This document shows positions 38,901 to 52,449 of a stretch of 64,000 nt of DNA, piece after piece; the stretch's first letter is position 1; every line of letters starts with the position of its first letter. Both the position numbers and the translations under genes were made by a program. Origin of the DNA: Lingula anatina (lineage: Eukaryota > Animalia > Brachiopoda); assembly GCA_051362555.1 (NCBI GenBank), contig CM120640.1:56584788-56648787 (forward strand), given 5' to 3'. Below the pieces are notes generated by a model. That model ran no database searches, had not been told where the DNA came from, and saw only the letters and a list, made by a program, of their open reading frames with translations.

Positions 38901-41900
38901 GCTTTTGTTATATTTTAAATACGGCAGCATATGGGCCAATAATTATTAGATTTTTGTCTATGGTGACCTAATTTTATTTTGACAGATTTCTGGGATGGGT
39001 CATACGGAAGTTAAATAACTTAATTTGACTGGAAAAAATTCTTGGTTCAGTTGCTCCCCCATAGTGTGTATGAAAACTGAGATGATTAAAACCTTATGAT
39101 GGCCTGTAAATAAGATTTACTTATATTTTACATTTCTGTTTTGTTTCAGGCAACAGGTGGGGGTGACTGCAGTGTCAGGTTGTGGCACCTAGCATCTGTT
39201 AGCTCTTCAACAACCAATGCCATCACTTCGCACCCCGTCACTGTATCCTCAGAACTCAAGGTAATGGTTTTGTGGGTATGAATATTATATATAAAAAGTT
39301 TAATCACATTTCAATTATTTCCATCAATTTCTTATAATATATTAGTATTAAGAATAGTTTACAGTATGGCAGGTTTTAGAACTGATATCCATTTTATGAG
39401 GCATATTGAAAAACCTTGCATGAATTGATATCCACATTTGATTAAATGGATTTGAAATGATGCTTTCCTTTTTATTTTTGTTTATATTTGAAGGAAGAGG
39501 ACTTCCCAAGATCTGTTGCACTATTAGATGACAATGTTGTTCTTATTATGACAAATGAAGGGTAAGGAGGCATTAAACCAAATTTTGATCCTAATGCATA
39601 TTATTTAAATAAACAGTCTGTATTTTGTAGACATGCAAATGAAATACAGTATCTTAATACAGTTGAATATTTGATATGTTTATTAGGCAATGCATGGCCA
39701 TTCATCTTTTTTTCCCACTGTTGATGCGGTTGTGCTATAAAGCCATCTTCTCTCTTTTTTTTTTTACCTTGATCAGAAAATTGCTGTGTCATACCAGTGG
39801 TAGTGGTTCTACAGTGTGGATGCAGGATTCAAGATACAGGTCCTACAGTCTGCTCTCTGTGTCCCCAAACAAAACACTAGTTGCTGTTGGAAATATTCAT
39901 GGAGATGTCAAAATATTTCATGTTGGTATGTAGATAATTTAAAACCATTCTAGGTTTATACTGGTTGATACTAAATGATATTTGCCTAGAACCCTGCAAG
40001 TATCTGTACAAGTTCTGTGAGCATAGAATAATTTGTGTATAGTCAATTCCATATTTGTTTAACAGATTTAAGCATATTGGACAAAGCAGGCATTTTTTTT
40101 TTTTTTGTTTCTTCATAGATGGAAATAGAATTGTCTGTCAGGAGGCTGAATATCATGTCTATGAGGGCAAAGTAATGAGTATCTTGTGGTTAGACCAGTG
40201 TACCCACTTCATCACATCTGGACCAAGTGGAGCTTTGGTAGGATTATACAATTATACATATTTCACAAACTAAGTTTGATGTATGAAATTCAGATGCTTT
40301 TAAAATAATTTTTGGGTTTTTACTGTAAACAGTTATGTTTTTTAATTATTATAGCTGTTGCTCTTGTTATCATTAGGATCATTATATTTACTGTCATTAT
40401 TTTTTATTAAATCAACATCTGGTGCCTTAAAATATGCACATGTTCATATGTATGTGAATTTTGCCAAAATTGGAAAATAAATGGAATAAGAGTAACGCCA
40501 AAACTATATTTACATAAAATTGATGTGTAGTTATATTTGATATATGTTGAATGAACAGTGCTAAGTTGCACTCTGAATACTTCCAGACACTGTGGGAAGT
40601 GACACCAAGTTCCACTAACATTAGGTACGCAGCTGTAGAACACTTCATACTCCCTAGCTGTAAACAGCGTTGGATATCAGCTGCAGCAGTATTATGGGAT
40701 AGCTGCATCTTGGTGTGTGGCGATAGAGGTGGCTCTGTGCATGTGTATCCAATGAAGAACACTGAGGTACTAAATATGGCTGAATAGGAATATATAAACA
40801 CCGCTAATGAGCAAAGTCTGTAATAAACAAAATACTTGACATTTTTTCTGCCATAGCCTAGTATGTGATTGTTTGTATAAGTAAGACTTGGAGTGTGATT
40901 TGACTTTTGTGAGAAGTGTATCAAAACACCCCTGAAATGTATTTTAGTTCAATATTAGATTGTTCACATAGTTAATGCAGGAGAATGTGATTGCCTCTTC
41001 GATATAGAATTTTTTGCTTTTGGCTTACAATTCTCTTCATCATCAACTGTCATATGTTGCAGCCAGAAGCCTTTCCTGCCCAAAGTTTTGCAAAACTCCA
41101 TGGCAAAGCAGGTGTGACTGATGTTTGCATCCATGCTGATTATGTCTATACTTCTGGGAGAGATGGTCAGTACAGGCAGTTCAGAGTGAGGGCTGGTCAG
41201 CTGGAGCTTATGACCAGTAGTAAGGTCAGTGGAAGTTACTATTTACTGATTTCTTTTAATCATATTAGATTTATTGGCTGTGCAGGGCCAAAAAGAAAGC
41301 CATAATATCCTGTGTTTTCTAAGAGAGATGACATTTGATTGTTTAATGTCTTTGATTTACCACCAGTAATGAAATGAGGTTTCATTAATGGAAATACTAT
41401 TTTGTTAAGTGTGATTAGTATCATAGGTCACCCCTTTTTGCCTTTGGTTTTAATGCACCTAATCGGATAGCATCCTATTTCACTGTTCAAAGGACTGTAA
41501 AGTGGCAATAAATCTCAACTATTCTTTCAGGTTTTCAAGGGATTTGAATGGATTGACCGAATGATTTTCCAAGACCAAAACATGATTATACTAGGCTTCC
41601 ACACAGTAAGTGTCGCTCACTCATTCTTAATATGTTGTTAAAATAATGTGATTTATTACATACTTTTTTTACCAAACCGGTCACATGGTATAATATCATG
41701 TGAATGATATAAATCCCTCAGCAGATAAATAGATAAAGTGATGAATATATAATAACATCAATGTATTATTGTTTTATTCAGTCCAAGTTTGTTGTCTGGA
41801 GCTTGAATCACAACCAGAAACTTCTTGAGGTAGAGTGTGGAGGTGGTCACAGAACATGGGACTTTGACTTAGGACGGGAGAGATGTACATTTGTATACCT

Positions 41901-44900
41901 CAAAGCAAAGGAGGTGGTGATGTGTAAGGGGGCTATAAAACTAGAAGAACCAATATTATTGGTAAGTGAAAAATAAATTCCTTGAATTTCTTGAGGTGTT
42001 TTACTGTCATTAATATTTTGATTGGCAATCATAAGGAAAAAATCCTTAATTATTTTTAGTTTAGATAGCTATTATAATTGTCATATTTTATTATTTTGTC
42101 TAAGAAGATACTTGATGATTATTGTAATTGTTCTTCACTTTTTTTAGCCAAGTCTGCATGGCAGAGAACTCACCAGTGTACTGCATCTGTTCTCTTATAA
42201 AGGTGATTATTAAACAAATATTTCATTATTTTGTCTTGGAATTTTTGTTCAAGTTAATGTATATCTCACATTAAGCTCTGAATTAACCTAGTTTGCACTA
42301 TGCTCGACTTCTTTGAACAGATATCTTGCATGAAGTGAATGTGTAATCTTTACTATCATTTAAATTCTGTTATAGATAAACACATATGTGCAACAAGCAG
42401 TGAAGACACCATGGTCAATATTATACAGCTTTCATGTATCCTTTTTGAGTGAGTTATGAATGAATTTAAAATGAAATATAATATAAGTAAAAGTTTATGG
42501 TCATCGTTATAAATCAATTATCCGGTTTTAACTAATTAAAATCGTTATAAATCAATTATCCGATTTTTTGGACTAACGATACCTGTAGATATAAATATTA
42601 AAATATTTATATATACAGGTATCGTTAGTCAAAAAAATAATATAGATTATGAATGTATTAAACATTTACAATCACTACAAAATTATAATCATAGCTATCT
42701 AATATTCTGTTAATGTGTTTTGTTCAGCCTTAATATAAAAACACAGCTCCTGGAACTACCATATGTAGTGATCTCAACATGACAGTGCTCAAGACATTGC
42801 AGGGTCATCTGTCCAGTGTCAGGACATTAACTTCAGTCAGGTCATCTCATTTGGCAGGAAATATAACACAATCAAGACTGCTGTTTTCAGGTGGTGGAAG
42901 AGCACAGGTGAAGTGTTGGAAGATTACAGTTTCAAAGCGTGAATCATGTGCTGATTGTCAACTTTCCAGTGCAGTAGTGAGTACTGTCTCTGGAAGTAAC
43001 ATGCCATGCCCCAAATGTGCCAAGAATAAAAAAGTGGCAGATTTTAGTCAAAGTGCTGATGACTGTGAAGTGGAGTGCAGTATAGAACTTGTCTTTTCTC
43101 ACATGTTGGATGAAAAAGGAAAAAGAAAAAGGAAGTCACAGATCAATTCTTGTGTGTCATCTAACCCAGAAACCAGATTCATGTCTCTCACTGCATTTAG
43201 AGCAGGTGATATATGTTCTGATTTTCAAGAAGATGTAGTTTTCATTGCTGCTGCTTGTTCTGATGGACTTGTAAGGTTAGTAGAAGAATGTCTGTTTGTA
43301 AAAACTACATTTAGTTCATCAGGGTATTGTTCATTAACTATTGCTTGTGAAATTTCCTGATGATTATGTTTGTTAAAATTCAGTATTCTACATGAAAAAG
43401 TTAGAATGTCAAAGTCTGTTGCATGTGTTTGTGTGTGTGTGTTATTTTTTTCCATATTTTTTGTATCATGCAGCATTACTTATGGTTGATATATTTTTTC
43501 GAAGTTTGTTTCTTTCACAGGTTATTTGCATTCCATGAAACGAACAAAAGCTTCATCGTCTTGGCAGAATCCACTTTCCATGACCACTGTGTCTTATATA
43601 TTGGACACCTGCTGATTCAATTCAACTCAACTTCTGAAGTTGTGATATACTCAGGTGCTACAGATGGGAAAATTGCTTTCTTCAATGTTTCAAAGATGGT
43701 CAAGGAATATGTGGCCAAATGTGTACATGTGAATTTTGAGGAGAACCAGTTAAAAAGTGAACATCGTGCAAAACAAACTACAAATTTATCATACATAAGT
43801 TGTACAGAAGAAGACGGTGTAATACCTGACTACCTCAGAAAACAATTTGCAAGAACAAATGAATATTACGACCTGCCTGCTTCCATAGAGGAGCCTTTCT
43901 TAGTCCTCCCTTTGCATCAGTCTGGTATCAGTGCTGTGGATGTGCAGTTCATAAAAGGCAAGATTATAAACAGATGGTCAACTTAATTAAACTGTATTTA
44001 TTTTATTTACCTTTGGAAGAGAATGTTGCAATGAGTTGTTTAGCAAACTTGGTACAGTACTATAGACCAGTGAAGTTGTTTCCATATTGAGAAAGAGAGA
44101 CACTTAAGAAGAAAACTGTATGTTATGCCTTTGTATATTCAGAACCAATAAAATATATTCATGTCAGTTTTAATTTTACACAAATGTTTGATCACTTCAG
44201 AGGAAATGCTATCAATATAAAATCAAATTAAGCAGTAATATTTGTACTTACAGGATTGCTATCTTTTCTATTTGCAGCTGGAGAATACATGGTGGCCAGT
44301 GGTGGAGATGATAATGCCCTGCATGTCACACACATTAGGCTTTGGAGAAACCAACAAGATGACAACATCAGTGGTGAAGAGGTCATGAGAGTTTCCATGG
44401 CAACTGCCCATGCAGCACAGATGACAGGCAAGTGATTTATGTTTTGTCTAAGTTGTTATACATCACTTACAAGGTCGGAAAGCTAAAGAACTGTGAACAG
44501 TATTTAATGGTAAATATTCAGTTTTCACTTTCAAATTATTTTTAGTTATGAGACCATAGTTGGAGAGTTAGAAAACATGGAAATTACATTTCCTATGTGA
44601 TGCCTTTCTAGGTGTTCATTTCCTGGACTCTACCCATGTTTTGACTGTCAGCATTGATCAGAGAATGGTCATTTGGACCCTGCAAGCAGAGACATTTCAG
44701 GTGAGAACTGAAGTGTGGTTTGTGTGATGAGTGAGGCTGAATTGGAACCTGGTGGGTGTTATAGGTGACTTACAATTTAAGGGGTGGTAGGTGAGACTGA
44801 TGGTAGATGGTGCTAGGTGAGACTTAGAACAATTTTGACTCATTTGGCAGCTTAAGTTTTTACATTTTTGATATCTTCTTATACAGTGTTACTTCACAGC

Positions 44901-45273
44901 AAGTTATGCCAATTTTTTTAAATAGAAGGGGAAATTGATACAGTGATCAATGTTGTCCTTAGAAATTTGTCTTGATTTCAGTTCAATGTGCTTGCAGCAA
45001 GGTATGTGAGTGTGTCTGACGTTGCAAGCATGGATATTTGGAACAAAAGGTACTTATTTGTAACGCAGTTGTTACATAAGCAATGAAAAAAAAATTGATT
45101 AGCTTTTTGAAAGCTTTGTTTTTAAAGTAAAGTTCAGTGTTGAAATATGAACATCTTGTTACTGAAAGTCAACTGGATATCAATTCTTTTCATTTTCCTC
45201 CACTAGTGAAAAAAGTTGCAGTGCAGCAGTAGTTGGAGTAGGAATTCAACTATTTGATGTATCATGGAGATGA
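34555..45273 (+). CDS. WDR6: WD repeat protein 6 (Trm734 ortholog; partner of tRNA 2'-O-methyltransferase FTSJ1/Trm7)
   Basis: 25 phase-consistent exons: 34555-34639, 35492-35590, 35796-35874, 36391-36463, 37296-37402, 37616-37763, 37922-38263, 38436-38498, 38719-38766, 39150-39260, 39494-39561, 39777-39925, 40119-40237, 40587-40766, 41063-41224, 41531-41605, 41782-41961, 42148-42202, 42376-42435, 42747-43275, 43521-43957, 44278-44427, 44612-44700, 44982-45049, 45207-45273. Motifs GPVTSL, DWIWD, GHEGVIFS, SDDRSIRIW, GHSARVW, CGDRGGS, CGGGHRTW, LHGRE, HQSG, SGGDDNAL, SIDQR. Confidence 0.95.
34965..35207. mobile_element. MITE family A, degenerate copy 4
   Basis: ttaccccctta.cagcttt, gatagattgatc-like and gggaatgg motifs as in 29719-29944. 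Confidence 0.55.
35889..35935. repeat. (TA)n microsatellite
   Basis: Direct reading. Confidence 0.95.
36089..36235. repeat. (TTATA)n pentanucleotide microsatellite
   Basis: About 29 perfect units. Confidence 0.95.
36513..37062. repeat. 44-bp minisatellite, ~12.5 copies, in a WDR6 intron
   Basis: Unit tggtagatgtaccactacagttgacagtcatgatgtgtgtagtg repeats head-to-tail at 36513, 36557, 36601 ... 37041 with rare variants. Confidence 0.97.
37403..37615 (+). other. U12-type GT-AG intron in WDR6
   Basis: Donor GTATCCTTT; branch TTCTTAAC ~11 nt before AG; no polypyrimidine tract; frame restored (CI-L-YSARF). Confidence 0.88.
42436..42746 (+). other. Second U12-type GT-AG intron in WDR6
   Basis: Donor GTATCCTTT; branch-like GCCTTAAT at 42727-42734; A-rich acceptor aaaaacacag; frame joins to ORF at 42779. 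Confidence 0.85.
42564..42637. repeat. ~74-bp palindrome
   Basis: gactaacgatacctgta.atataaatatt / aatatttatat.tacaggtatcgttagtc. Confidence 0.85.
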
Positions 45274-46264
45274 CACCTCTTTCAGCTGCAGATCATTCTA
45301 GGAGGCCAGCCTGGTTCATTTGAAACCTTTGGACATGGCTGTGTTGCATAGGTCAAAGTGTCATTTGAATCAATATTTAAAAGACAAGCTGTATAGTCAC
45401 TGGATATAAGTTTTTATTTTAAAATTTTAACAACACATTTCTTTTTTATAAATATTTATAATAAAGCTAACTACAAAATTGAAAATGTGAACTGTTACCG
45501 TAGCTGTTTTCACTTTAAAAGGATAACAATAAGTAACAGGACGGAATATGAGAAGCTGGTAACAATATCAAAGCTGTAATAACAAAACACCTGTGAAAAG
45601 TGCACAACCTTGATTAGCAACTGAAATTACTCAGCACATATTTTTAAACAAACTTCATATATCAGATTTCATTCATGGAATGATGTGCAACTTCAGTTCA
45701 ATAATAGCATAACTTGTTTACAGTGGGTGTATGGAAGATTATATGCATATTGCACTGAAAGATATAATGATATTCATCCATTATCTGTTGAATGTAATGG
45801 AAGAGGCATTAACTTTTCAAGATTAAATAGGTATACCCACCTAAATGAACTCGTGATAATAAATATTATATACAAATGAATGGTGGTAGAGCAAATCATA
45901 AAAGGAGTTTCATCTTATTCCAAATTAATTTTTTTTTCAATTGTAATGGTTCTTTGTTAAAGTGCTACCTGAGATGGTGTGAAAATGCCATGCTTTAATA
46001 TTAAATATATGCTGAGCAAAAATATAAATGCCCCACACACTACTTAAAAAATTTTATCAGGATCATAATAATTTTGTTTGATCATAAAAAGTGAATAATG
46101 TTGTTCAATGTGCTACAGATAAAAATTACAATAATAAGACAACATCAGTTCATTTAAAGTTGCCCATTACGTGCTAAATAATTCACATGGGGGATTTATA
46201 TTTTTGCTCAGAATATTTTCTACTGGAGATTGGAATGATTAAATGACAATTATATCTGTGTAAT

Positions 46265-46533
46265 TTATCTTCTGGTTGGTCCATACCCTGTACCCACAGG
46301 ACCAGAGGGATTAGATGGCCTGAGCTGGTCAAGTCTCTGTTGTAAATCTTCAATTCTAATGTCTTTGAGATGAAGCAAATGCTCCAACCTGCGCACTTTC
46401 GCATTAAGGATCTGGAAAAGTTAAGTGCAATACCGTCACAGGTGCTATTTATTACAGGGACGTGATATACAATGTTTCTCCTGCAATGACAGAATATATT
46501 AATCATTCATAACAAGAGTAGTTTTTGTGAGTT

Positions 46534-46583
<50 letters not shown>

Positions 46584-49500
46584 CTACCTTTATACTATAC
46601 AAGACTACCATTAAAAAAAATCCAATTTGTATTTTTAAAGAAATTTGATAATAATCACATGATATAAAGTATTAAATACGCACATGCAATGAAAATACTG
46701 AACTGATCAGTTTAATTATGGAAAGTTGGTATGAAAGTTGTTTTCTTTGGTTTTTAGATTAATCTATTAAACAGTGTGACATCCTTGCAAGATGGTTGGA
46801 GATGTATGCACCAAATAATAATAATAATCTCTGTGGCCTCAGCTAAAGACCAAGCTGTAGAAGTAAATTGGTTTATTACCTGTATTGTTTCATCTTTAGC
46901 TAAACATTCCTGCTGTTTCTCTTCAAACTGTACTTTTGATACTGTGTCTGTTGCTGGATAGACCTGAGCAGTAGGTTGTAATTTGCTGCAAAATGAGAAT
47001 AAAATGTTTTGGAAGTTCTTTTATAGTGAACAAAAAATATATAAATTTCACGAAAGGTAAAGCTGTGGTGACATTTTTTATAGGTTTAAATTGTAGTTGC
47101 CAACTTTCAGTTGAAAACATCTCACCTTTGACTTCCGTGGTGTTGTGGAACTGTGGGAGATTCTTGTTTGGAAGTATTTGGACCTTTCTTAGCTGCCCCA
47201 GCAGCACCAGTAGCTCCCTTGACAGGGGCACCTTTTAACCCTGTTTTGCCTTTATTTCTTCCTCTGGGAGAGGCTGTAACAGAGCAAAATAATGTGTTAT
47301 TGGTATAATACTTCTTAATTTATATCACGTGTTTAATGGGTTTCATTTATATCTTCCTTTTTTTTGGAGGGGGGGGGGGAAGAATTTGAAAAAAACAAAA
47401 CAAATATAACAGTTCCTTAATTTAATGCCCTTTCAAATTCCTTATCAATATTACTTGTTACAAAATAAAGATGCTATAAAAACTAGCCAGAAGCTAGTAA
47501 AATATGATTTAAAATATCAATCCTCAATAAGGTTTTCAATGAAACATAACAACTGTAACGGTCTAAGGAAAATAGATTTGTCTTTAAGCTTACTGACTTC
47601 AGATTACTTAATCAGCTTATTTTGCTTTTTTTTTAAGTGTAGCTTTTAAAATAAATTTCAAAATCACCCAGACAATAATAATTTAAGATTTAGTGCATAG
47701 ATAAAAAGTTAAAAGAGGAAGGTTTCAAAAAATGTACTTTAGTTACTCCAGTTATTTTGATATATCAAAATACTAAGATTAGTGATGAAGGAAGTCTGAT
47801 ACTCAAATAATAAGAACTAGTAAAAGATCATGCTACATAAACTGGATGCTATCACAGAGAAACCACTATATTGCACTATTAGTTTACTAATTCATCCAAA
47901 TGAAGCATTTTTATTTACAGAAAAGTGTCTCCAATCCTATCCTAGTAGAGAATCACTAAAACTACACTGTGCATGGTTCTATGATGCACGTGCCAGACTC
48001 ACCTGGGGATGCAAATGAAGCCACATAGGGACTTTCTATAACAATATGACAGAAATGTTAATTAGATGAGTGCAAGTGTATTCCAAAGAACCACACAATG
48101 CACTTCATATTTCCCTCAAAAAGTGTTACAAATCATTCAATAACATTCTAGGTTATACCAAAACACTGTGCAAGAATGATTTCTTTTTTCTTCTCACTAA
48201 AAGTCAGTTGGAGTAGGGGTGTTCTTGATCTCTGATTAGGAAAGTGTTTTAACACATTTAAAAACATTTAATATAACTTACTCTGTTCCTGGTCTACTTC
48301 AGGCTTTTCATCCTGCTTTGGTGGAGGATGATCCCTTTCCCACAAGATCCTGTCTATCTTTGTTCGAAGTGCCATCAAAACATGTTCTATCACCACTGGT
48401 TTACAAGTACATATAGCCCTAATCACATCATCTGCAACTTCGAAGTTCAGCTTTTTGAAAACTTTTCTGGAAAAATATTGACAAAATTTTCAATCTAAGT
48501 AAAATATCCTGAAATCTTTGTCAATGTGAGAATAAATTGGTTGCAAAAGTACATAATATCCTGTTGTGCAGGCTTCAAAGGGTTTATTGTTCTAAAGAGA
48601 ACTCTTTTATATAACAATTGGTAAACTTTAAGTTCGACTCTGTGACTATAAATTATGAACAAATTACAATTATCCACAAAGATAAAGAGTGCCTGAAATT
48701 TGAAAATGATGAAATTAGCTGTTTGTTATCAAAGATTGTTTCCACTAAAAATAATCATTTATTAAAATTGTCTATGAAAAGGGTTTCAAAATAATAGCTC
48801 AAAAAATTCAAACTAAAGAAAATTACTTGGCATGAACAGCAGAGAAGTTAAAAAACAAACAAACAAAAGTAAAGAATAGGGCAGGAAAAATCCAAAGATA
48901 AAGACCACTGAGGCAGTACATTCAGATAATGGCAGGGACCAATAAAATTAGTACTAGTACAAAGATCACACGTGTACACAGTATTGTGTGCAATTGCCTA
49001 ACAGAAGGTCTCTCCACACTTAAACTACCTGTTAAGCACATGCCAGTTTTCCATCTTCTGATTACATGCACTGGCTACTGGATAGTTATGAAGCTCAACA
49101 TAACCAGGGAAAAAGTGATTCACTACCTCAGCTGCCATCACTAAAATTCAATTGGGAGTTTAAACAGAAATGAACTGAGCAAGTTTATGGCTGTATATTA
49201 TTAGCTTCCCAGTGTTTATCAAGTCACACACAAAAAGCCTTTTGGATATTCTGATTAGCACGCTGCATTCCCTGTTGTTCAGACAACACCACAACACTGT
49301 CAAAACAGCAAACTTGTTCATTTGTCATCTTGAAATATTATGTATAATTTATGTTGGGACTCTTGTGAACTGGTCTAAACATTTCAGGTAAATGATACAG
49401 CATGTGCAGAAACATACCAAAGTGCATGGTGATAGTGACTAAATATAAACACTTCCAAGCAAAAAAGCAATGCCTGCAGCATTCATTGATTGGTATAATA

Positions 49501-51163
49501 GGGGAGATTAATAAGTTATCGATACATATGACCTAATTTAATACCTCTGCATTATCACTATTATTATAATTGATTTTTTTGCCAAAGGGAGGTTTTCCAA
49601 TCAATAAAATACTGAGTCATTACTGGAGATAGCAATCATCCTTATGGATTTTATACCTGTTCATTAACCTCCAATTTGTTTCTTTCTGGTCAGTTGCATT
49701 TGATGCAGGATAATTATGTAAATCCACAAGTTTAGGAAAGAAATGTTTTACTACTTCTGCTGCTAAAACTGAAAAATACCCATTACAAATAGTTGATTAA
49801 ATATAGAGTTTTTCTTATGGGCAGTAACAAATAAAACCTATTTTATTTTATCCGTTCATTACATTTTGTTGAAGAGTACACAGATTATATTACCACAAAG
49901 CTATGTGTTAGCACTCTTATTTACAGTTTCTGATATGTAGTATTTATATGCATGATAGACAGAGGTGCCTATTGCTACAGAATGAGGGCCAGCTTCTAAT
50001 ATAGCATGCCCAACACTATGTGGGGGCTCTCAAATCACTCCTTGACACTAACAGCATTATAAATAAGTTGAGATACATGTAAATCTGCTTTCCTATCAGT
50101 TATGCTGCTGTGAAATCACACACCCATTGAAGATCACCATGGACTTCTGAGGTGAGAGGTACTAGTAGCAATTGATTTGAGAGCTCCCAAATGGCTAGTT
50201 AGCCATCACTTGGCTATTACATCCACCTTTATAGATTGAGTGTAAGCACAGTAAGTACATATCAGAAACTGTAAATAGGAGTTGTAATGCTTTTAATTTT
50301 GTGCCATGTTGGGTTACATATAAACATCTTAAAACATATCGATAAAACTGTACCACTAAGATATGCTTGATGACAATGCTTGATGCAATGCTATGTCTTG
50401 TGAATGTTCATAAAAAATCTCTTAATAATCTCACAAAAAATAGATCCATGCAAGAGACTCATAAGAGTTTTTTTGTTTTTATTTGGTGTTTCAAACCATG
50501 TTCAACCCTACCTCAATATATAATATTGCATCCACAACAACAAAACAACATTATTAAAATGACAAAAAAATAATGATAGTGTTGGAGCCTTTTTATAGCT
50601 CCCTCACCAAAGTCACAGGAGTTAATAATTGATGAAATAAAACTAACATTTATGACTGGGTTCCCATACTTAGATTGATCCATCTGGATCGACCTAACTC
50701 CCTGGGGGTTCATGCTAAATTGCTATCAGCTCAAGATGCTTAAATGTCTGTCACGCCTACTGATAATTACCCCCTAACAGCTTTACTGGGCGTGACAGAC
50801 ATTAAAGCCGGTTACGTTGATAGCCATTTAGTGAGACTCCCTAAGGAGATAGATTGATCCAAATATCCGTGGGAATGGTCCCTATAATTTACATTTCAAC
50901 AAAATATTCAGCTTTTTTTCCAGATAATCAAAAAAAGGTAACAGATAATAGCTTATTACATTAATAAGACACGATAATTTTCTATAGTTTCGATTTCTTA
51001 TTTTCAATCTCTAGGGTATTTAATCAAAACACATACCTCCATCGGAGAAATCTCTAGTTATATTTCGTTTAGGACGCGAAAGTGGAATGCCATCAATCCA
51101 ACTGTAAAGTTCTTGCAGAACTTCGTCGTCAATTTCTGCCGAGAGATCTTCGTTGCCCTTCAT
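46265..51163 (-). CDS. SPEF1: Sperm flagellar protein 1 (CH domain + coiled coil)
   Basis: Exons 51163-51037, 49768-49657, 48466-48282, 48035-48003, 47273-47126, 46985-46880, 46411-46265. LYSWIDGIPLSRPKRNITRDFSDGVLAAEVVKHFFPKLVDLHNY; NRKVFKKLNF; AKDETIQILNAKVRRLEHLLHLKDIRIEDL. Confidence 0.95.
46534..46581. repeat. (CA)n microsatellite
   Basis: Direct reading. Confidence 0.95.
50654..50882. mobile_element. MITE family A, copy 5 (reverse)
   Basis: gatccatctggatcgacctaactccctggggg ... gatagattgatccaaatatccgtgggaatggtc, as in 29719-29944. Confidence 0.8.
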
Positions 51164-51760
51164 GTGTAAACAATTGAGTGATGTTATTTGTATTAGTCTT
51201 GCGTAACCTTAATACTTTTGACAAAATTATAACTGACAATTCAGATGAGACAGCAATTATCTAATTTTTTTTTCTGAAATTCTTCCTCTGCGACTTCCAC
51301 TGTTTACATTTGTTATCGAAACGGAATCTATCCCACAATTCATGACGTCAGCTCTGCAGTTAAAAGCTACGGAAATGCAAAAATGGTAAGGTGTTTTTTT
51401 TTGTTTTTTGTTTTTTTTTGTTTGTTTGTTTTTTGTTGTTTTTTTTGGGGGGGGGGCTTTAGTATAAAATGAACTTTTACACCGAAACATGCGACCTTTA
51501 GAATGTAAGGTGCGAGAAAGTTCTCTGCGGACTAGTTTAAAACTCTTCTGCGTGAAAAGGAAATAAACCAGGAAAAAGCAGGAAGTATGAATCAGACAAT
51601 TTCTGAATTGTGGACATTTATTCTGATAACATTTAAGAATTTGTTTTTTCCACACTGAAACGGTTCTTTGACACATAGTGAATGGTGATTAGTTCAGGGT
51701 AAAGTGGCATAGTTGTCAACAAAATCAGGAACTCGAGGAAGTAAAAATGCTGCACGTTAT
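51164..51760. promoter_or_regulatory. Candidate bidirectional promoter SPEF1 / kelch-b561
   Basis: CpG-enriched; forkhead-like TGTTTACA (51301) and TGTAAACA (51165); CRE TGACGTCA (51343-51350); ETS-like AGGAAGT sites. Motif matches only. Confidence 0.4.
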
Positions 51761-52000
51761 ATTATAAGTTTAAGATTCAGAGTGAAACTAGGTTATGGTG
51801 TAAAAAGACTAACTTCGCCGAACAATATTCCTCTTTTAAAATAAGGGTTGAATTAATACAGATATCTAGACAACCTCTAGATACATGTACATGTAGGTGC
51901 GGGTCAATGTCAATTGGAACCTGTTAATATAATGAATATTTTTGTTTGAATGATGCAACTTTTTATTTTTATTGAAAGCTGAACCAAGTACTATGAGAAA

Positions 52001-52387
52001 ATGATGGAAGGATTTATTATATGCCTCATAAGTGTAGCTGCTGCTGCATTTTTTATCCACCTAACGGATGGTCAATTACAGTGGCAACAGATACAGCCCC
52101 ACCCTTCTTCTCCATTACCACCTACCAGAAGAGATCATGCCATAGGATATATACCACAGAAAAACACACTGATAATGTTTGGAGGACAAGGGAATGGAAT
52201 TATATATGGAGACACATGGGTTTTTAATTTCAGTAATTGATACATATGTCGAGACACTTGATGATAAAGACATTAAAAATAATTTACATTAACAAATTGT
52301 CATAATTGTAATGGAATACAATTTTATTTAGATATCTAAGACAACAGGTAATTATCCTGGAAACTTATTGAATCATAATAAAAATGC

Positions 52388-52449
<62 letters not shown>

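Noticed and set aside
44720-44805. Second box C/D-like pattern in a WDR6 intron
   Set aside because: No terminal stem, too close to the donor, and explained by repeated taggtga(ga)ct units.
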